Origin: a virus
Taxonomy: Duplodnaviria; Heunggongvirae; Uroviricota; Caudoviricetes
Length of the DNA stretch: 64,000 nt
Virus record (IMG/VR): IMGVR_UViG_3300021431_002946
Location: 161,291-225,290 of that record
Reading direction: 5' to 3' (one strand)
Of the stretch, positions 59,864-64,000 are shown piece after piece (within the stretch, counting starts at the first letter, position 1; the number at the start of each line of letters is the position of its first letter). The notes under the pieces were generated by a model. The model ran no database searches. It was not told the origin of the DNA and saw nothing but the letters and a program-made list of their open reading frames with translations. The translations under genes and the position numbers were made by a program.

Positions 59864-60357
59864 CATTTTCAGATAAAAGTTTTATGTATGTAGATAATAC
59901 ATTTAAACTTTGTTTATTTAAGAATTATAATCATAAACCAATTAGAGTAAATATTAAAGATTATTTAGATTTTTGGCATATATTTCTGAATAATTATTTT
60001 TTTATGGATCAAATTTCTGAAAATAATCAAAAATTACTTGCTTTTAGTATTACTGAAGCTGAAGATAGAAAAGATTTGCCTTTAAATACACGATATAAAA
60101 TGTCAAATGATATTGAAGTTGGAGATATTGTTGAAGGTCCAGATGGTCCTAGAACAGTAAAAAATCTTCATCGTGGTGAAGAAGCAATGTATGAAATTGA
60201 TATAAATGGTGTAAAGTATAATGTAAATGAAGGTCACGTATTACACTTAATTGATAAAGATGATCCTACTAATGTATTAGATATTCAAGTTGGAGTATAT
60301 ATGCATATGGATGATGAATTTAAAAGTCATTGGGTAATGGAAAAGATTATAAATTAA
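59845..60357 (+). CDS. free-standing intein (Hint) core fragment lacking both splice-junction termini
   Basis: DIEVGDIVEGPDGPRTVKNLHRGEEAMYEI...VNEGHVLHL (block B His); no Cys1, no terminal HN. Confidence 0.75.
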   Translation: MVEYKITFSDKSFMYVDNTFKLCLFKNYNHKPIRVNIKDYLDFWHIFLNNYFFMDQISENNQKLLAFSITEAEDRKDLPLNTRYKMSNDIEVGDIVEGPDGPRTVKNLHRGEEAMYEIDINGVKYNVNEGHVLHLIDKDDPTNVLDIQVGVYMHMDDEFKSHWVMEKIIN

Positions 60358-60384
60358 ACTAATTTTATAATTTATTTTTTAATT

Positions 60385-60412
60385 ATAGCTCAGACATATT
60401 TGAGCTATTTTT
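60385..60412 (+). terminator. intrinsic terminator
   Basis: atagctcag/ttgagctat plus T tract. Confidence 0.65.
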
Positions 60413-60429
60413 ATATTTAGGAGGAAAAT

Positions 60430-60840
60430 ATGAGTAGAGATATGAAACCAATTGAGTTTAAAATGTTTAAAGATGCATTTCCAGATATGCCAAGCTTATA
60501 TACTAAAAATTATGTATATTCAGCAACTGGAAAGCCTGTCTATTCAGATGAAGAAATAGAAAATGCGTCTAAATATCCAATGCTTTCATTGTGTGGGCCA
60601 AATGTATTTTTAGCATTAGTAGAAGAGCATCTTATTAATAATGAAGTAATACAGCAAATTGAAGATATTTTAAATAATAGACCTTGTGATGATAAAGAAT
60701 TAACTGAAAAAACAATGTTATGGTATAAAGGCGAATTAGAACCTGGATATTATATGGATGGAAATAATTATGCATTTTTAAATTATATTAAGCAAGTAAT
60801 AAATAAAAAAGGAGAGCAGGAAAATGACAGAAATACGTGA
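60430..60840 (+). CDS. hypothetical protein
   Basis: ORF with AGGAGG. Confidence 0.6.
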   Translation: MSRDMKPIEFKMFKDAFPDMPSLYTKNYVYSATGKPVYSDEEIENASKYPMLSLCGPNVFLALVEEHLINNEVIQQIEDILNNRPCDDKELTEKTMLWYKGELEPGYYMDGNNYAFLNYIKQVINKKGEQENDRNT

Positions 60841-61336
60841 TCAAGAAATCATTAGTAAACGAGGTTATCCTGAAATAACTGATGATAGAGAATTAATTGA
60901 AAAAGCAAAAGAATTAACAAATGATTGGGAAAATAGACACGGTAAAGGAAATTACGACCTTAGAACATATCAATTTGATACATTTAGTTTTTCAGAGCCA
61001 TATAGATCATTTACAGATGCAGAATTTAAAAGAATAAAAGAGCTTCAAGAAATTGAAAAAGAAAAGTATAATGATATGTATGATTGGACTCAATTTATAG
61101 GTAAACCTTTAAGTGAAGATATTATTATTCGATTCTTAGATAAACAAATTTATAAATCTGAAAGAAAATGGGGACCATATAGTTTTTATACTGAAGAAGC
61201 AAGACGAATTAAAGAAGATACATTAACTAGATGGAGACAAGGTGAATTAGTAGAAGTAGATAGAATGGTTGGTGACTATCTTGAAAAGATCTTATACAGT
61301 GATGGTCAAGTTAGAGATGTTGTTTGGAGAAATTAA
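60824..61336 (+). CDS. hypothetical protein
   Basis: ORF with SD. Confidence 0.6.
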   Translation: MTEIRDQEIISKRGYPEITDDRELIEKAKELTNDWENRHGKGNYDLRTYQFDTFSFSEPYRSFTDAEFKRIKELQEIEKEKYNDMYDWTQFIGKPLSEDIIIRFLDKQIYKSERKWGPYSFYTEEARRIKEDTLTRWRQGELVEVDRMVGDYLEKILYSDGQVRDVVWRN

Positions 61337-61337
61337 T

Positions 61338-61366
61338 TTTACAAATATAGTAAGATAAATTACAAT
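61338..61366 (+). promoter_or_regulatory. sigmaA-type promoter
   Basis: TTTACA-N17-TACAAT. Confidence 0.45.
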
Positions 61367-61384
61367 ATAATGGAGGGAAATGAT

Positions 61385-61606
61385 ATGCCAACGGATGAGT
61401 TTACTAAACTTACATATTTGGAAGCAGAAAGTCCTAATAAATTAGTTGAGTTAATAAATGACTTTTTGATGAAATATCCAGTTATAAAAATTGATTATAT
61501 TATGAATAAAGAAATGTTTGGCGCTTATATTTTATATATACAACAAGAAAATGGACCTAAAATAGGTGCTAAACTCGAATATTCTATAATAAATTTTAAT
61601 AATTGA
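61385..61606 (+). CDS. small hypothetical protein
   Basis: ATG after GGAGG. Confidence 0.55.
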   Translation: MPTDEFTKLTYLEAESPNKLVELINDFLMKYPVIKIDYIMNKEMFGAYILYIQQENGPKIGAKLEYSIINFNN

Positions 61607-61610
61607 CCTT

Positions 61611-61630
61611 AGACTATTTAATTATAATAT
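61611..61630 (+). promoter_or_regulatory. cassette motif without hairpin
   Basis: agactatttaattataatat. Confidence 0.4.
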
Positions 61631-61739
61631 TATAACACCTGTAAGGAAAATTGAGAGGAGAACTTAATGATGATTAAAAATTTATATTTCTTATATAAAT
61701 TGTAATAGAAATAACTAAATTTAGCGAATGGAGGAAAGT

Positions 61740-62024
61740 ATGATAGTTTATGAAGATAATCATGTAACTGTTGATGCTCGTATCGACGCTAGTTTAGATA
61801 TTCCTGTAATAATTACAATTTATTATAATGATAAAGAATATCACTATCATTTAGATGGGACTACTGATGATAATTGCCCATATGATGCAGATATTAAACC
61901 TTGGATTAAAAAAGCAAGACTTGAATTAAATGAACTTATTTGGGCAAATAAAGAGCATCGACAACCAAATCAAATTACAATTTCAACTCCTTTAAAATTA
62001 AGAATGAGATTCAATAAAGATTAA
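61740..62024 (+). CDS. hypothetical protein
   Basis: ATG after GGAGG. Confidence 0.55.
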   Translation: MIVYEDNHVTVDARIDASLDIPVIITIYYNDKEYHYHLDGTTDDNCPYDADIKPWIKKARLELNELIWANKEHRQPNQITISTPLKLRMRFNKD

Positions 62025-62093
62025 GTAATTTGGTTTAAAAATTAAAAAATTATATTATAATATAATTATACAAATAAACAAGAGGTGAGTATT

Positions 62094-62573
62094 ATGTCTA
62101 AAGCAAAAGATTTTATGGATAGAAAAATTAAGGCACGTCATAGAATTAGAAGAATTGAAACTAGACATAAGAAATTAGAAAGAGCTAGAAGACATGATAA
62201 TAATGAATATTCATGGTATAAAGGCGGATATGGTGTTAGAAGAACTGAAGAACATCATAGATATGAATATTATATGGTTCCTGAACGCATTAAAGAATAT
62301 ACAGTATATGATTTTGATGAATACTTCAGAACTGGAAGAGATGCAACAAAAACAATAAGAAAGGTTATTCCTGCATATAAGGCTCGTAAATTAGTAGATG
62401 TAATTGAAAAGCCTGTATTTAAAGTATATAGATATGGGCCAAGAATTAAGCCTTATAGACAGGATGCAGCTAGGAGATTTAGAAGAACTAATAAGTTTGA
62501 CGAAGAGAACTATGAGATTTTAAAAGGTTCTAAATATAAAAGATATTATGATATAGATTGGATTTTATGGTAA
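62094..62573 (+). CDS. basic Arg/Lys-rich hypothetical protein
   Basis: ATG after GAGGTG; ends YKRYYDIDWILW. Confidence 0.6.
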   Translation: MSKAKDFMDRKIKARHRIRRIETRHKKLERARRHDNNEYSWYKGGYGVRRTEEHHRYEYYMVPERIKEYTVYDFDEYFRTGRDATKTIRKVIPAYKARKLVDVIEKPVFKVYRYGPRIKPYRQDAARRFRRTNKFDEENYEILKGSKYKRYYDIDWILW

Positions 62574-62574
62574 T

Positions 62575-62730
62575 ATGGACGATGACAGTTTATCGCGAAA
62601 ACGTAATGAATTATTAAATATATTTAAAACACTTGTTCAATTTAAACAAATAGAAAATAATGTTTATTTTGACGAATGCATTGGAAAAACAAAACTAGAA
62701 TTAAGATCAATAACAAAAAAATTAAAATAA
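62575..62730 (+). CDS. small hypothetical protein (51 aa)
   Basis: ORF between upstream gene and terminator. Confidence 0.35.
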   Translation: MDDDSLSRKRNELLNIFKTLVQFKQIENNVYFDECIGKTKLELRSITKKLK

Positions 62731-62731
62731 T

Positions 62732-62761
62732 AAAAGGAGGTGCTCTAATGCACCTCTTTTT
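62732..62761 (+). terminator. intrinsic terminator
   Basis: gaggtgc/gcacctc plus T tract. Confidence 0.65.
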
Positions 62762-62785
62762 AATTGACATTTAGGAGGGAAACTA

Positions 62786-63769
62786 ATGGGATTAGGTAAA
62801 TTAAAAAATACTTATAATTTAACCGCAAAATTTGATCCTTATAAAAATTTTGGTAATACAGCAGTTATAAATGAATATGAAAATGGTAAAACATTAACTT
62901 GTTATAAAGTTTTAATGTTATATGTGGATAATAATGGCAATTTTAAAAGATTTATTAAAGATGAATCAGAAGTTATAAATAATAAGATATATGAAGAATG
63001 TAAAGAATTTATGCTTCAATATTCTGATTTTTATAATTTAATTGAAGGTGTTCATACTAAAGATAAAATAATGAACTTAGAATTATATAATGAAGATGAA
63101 GAAACTGAAGAAACTATTACTTTAGAAAAATTACTTGCACGTAAATTTACTGTGGACGATTTTAGAACTTGCAAAGTATCTTCTTATAATGGTGAATTTA
63201 CATATCAATTTGATTTAAAAGAAGTTGAAAATGGAGATGATCAAATTACTTTTAAAGGAACATTATTACAAGGTGATAATATAAATACTCTTATTAGAAT
63301 TGATGATAATGATCCAATCTCTATTGGATTAGCAAAATGTTTTAATAATTCTGTATTATATTGTAGTTTTGATGTTTCAATTGTTATTCATAAGTCATTA
63401 TATATAAATCAATTACTTGAAAATATGATGGAAGAAAATGGAGACTGGATTAACTTTGAAAAATTAGACTTTGATAATATAGTCATTACTCAACAGATAA
63501 ATAATGGCTCATACTATATAGATTCAGCAGATAAAAATCCAGAAGCATTTATTAGATCAAGAATTAAAAGATTAAATTTAACAGAAGAACAAATTCAAGG
63601 AGTACTTAATACATTTAATATATTCTATGAAGCAGATAAAGAATATATTGACAATTATAGATTATGTGATTGTCCAAATCTATTAAAAAATTGTTGTTAT
63701 GGTGCTGAAGCTTTAATTATTCCGTCTAAAAAATTAGAAGATGAACTTATAATTATAAAAAATTCTTAA
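62786..63769 (+). CDS. hypothetical protein
   Basis: ORF with AGGAGG. Confidence 0.65.
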   Translation: MGLGKLKNTYNLTAKFDPYKNFGNTAVINEYENGKTLTCYKVLMLYVDNNGNFKRFIKDESEVINNKIYEECKEFMLQYSDFYNLIEGVHTKDKIMNLELYNEDEETEETITLEKLLARKFTVDDFRTCKVSSYNGEFTYQFDLKEVENGDDQITFKGTLLQGDNINTLIRIDDNDPISIGLAKCFNNSVLYCSFDVSIVIHKSLYINQLLENMMEENGDWINFEKLDFDNIVITQQINNGSYYIDSADKNPEAFIRSRIKRLNLTEEQIQGVLNTFNIFYEADKEYIDNYRLCDCPNLLKNCCYGAEALIIPSKKLEDELIIIKNS

Positions 63770-63783
63770 CTTTTAAAAATTAA

Positions 63784-63812
63784 TTTACAAAAAATATAAT
63801 TAGTAATATAAT
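63784..63812 (+). promoter_or_regulatory. sigmaA-type promoter
   Basis: TTTACA-N17-TATAAT. Confidence 0.5.
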
Positions 63813-63841
63813 TTTTTTAAGAAATATGAGAGGGAATAGAC

Positions 63842-64000
63842 ATGATAGATCTAATTGCAATAGAAGAAAGAATTGAAGAGGCAAAGCCAACTACTATTAT
63901 CACAAATATATTTGATGATAGTATTATGTATATATGGGATTTAGGGAAAGATCGAGTTATACAGCTTGCATTTTTTATGTATAATGATAAACTAGTAGGT
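63842..64000 (+). CDS. partial hypothetical protein (runs off the window)
   Basis: MIDLIAIEERIEE... Confidence 0.5.
   Translation, partial: MIDLIAIEERIEEAKPTTIITNIFDDSIMYIWDLGKDRVIQLAFFMYNDKLVG

Noticed and set aside
63690-63769. C-terminal CYGAEALIIP of the 62786 ORF as another IntN tag
   Set aside because: It lacks the conserved Thr and Asp/Gly of block A and sits in a Cys-rich stretch.
1-64000. Minus-strand ORFs in the track (e.g. 4604-4870, 29868-30122, 36262-36564, 45096-45437, 49340-49543)
   Set aside because: They are mostly antisense shadows of + strand genes, with no convincing SD or motifs.
1-64000. Genome-wide stop-codon reassignment (TAG or TGA)
   Set aside because: Long genes are intact in code 11, TGA ends several genes directly before the next SD, Trp is TGG, and the 49488 TAG needs a frame change rather than readthrough.

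Overview
This is a very AT-rich, gene-dense window. Essentially all credible genes lie on the + strand with Firmicutes-type SD sites (AAGGAG). It looks like part of a large extrachromosomal element (jumbo-phage-like or conjugative megaplasmid-like) of a Clostridia-type host; no virion genes or rRNA/tRNA were recognised. The first ~35 kb is mostly small hypothetical ORFs in paralogous families, plus a kinase-HD protein, an intact TnpB and an HNH protein. The second half has a BspA-like LRR protein, a c-di-GMP cluster (PDE-DGC-PDE), a PolA-like HTH protein, a VirB4-like ATPase, sortase B, an AAA-CYTH protein, an ADP-ribosylglycohydrolase and two divergent sigma70 factors. The main finding is an FtsK/TcpA-like ATPase gene that appears broken into dispersed pieces carrying minimal split-intein tags. 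The N piece stops inside Walker A with a 16-aa IntN. A free-standing Hint core has neither intein terminus. Two unannotated micro-ORFs carry IntC-like HN|C and HN|S junctions. One of them joins the FtsK C-terminal piece only across a 16-nt GTA-TAG...GTA gap inside a long hairpin, resembling translational bypassing. A second dispersed system is a conserved motif plus short spacer plus terminator cassette, present in 7 full copies and several motif-only copies. All calls are from by-eye motif recognition; no searches were run.
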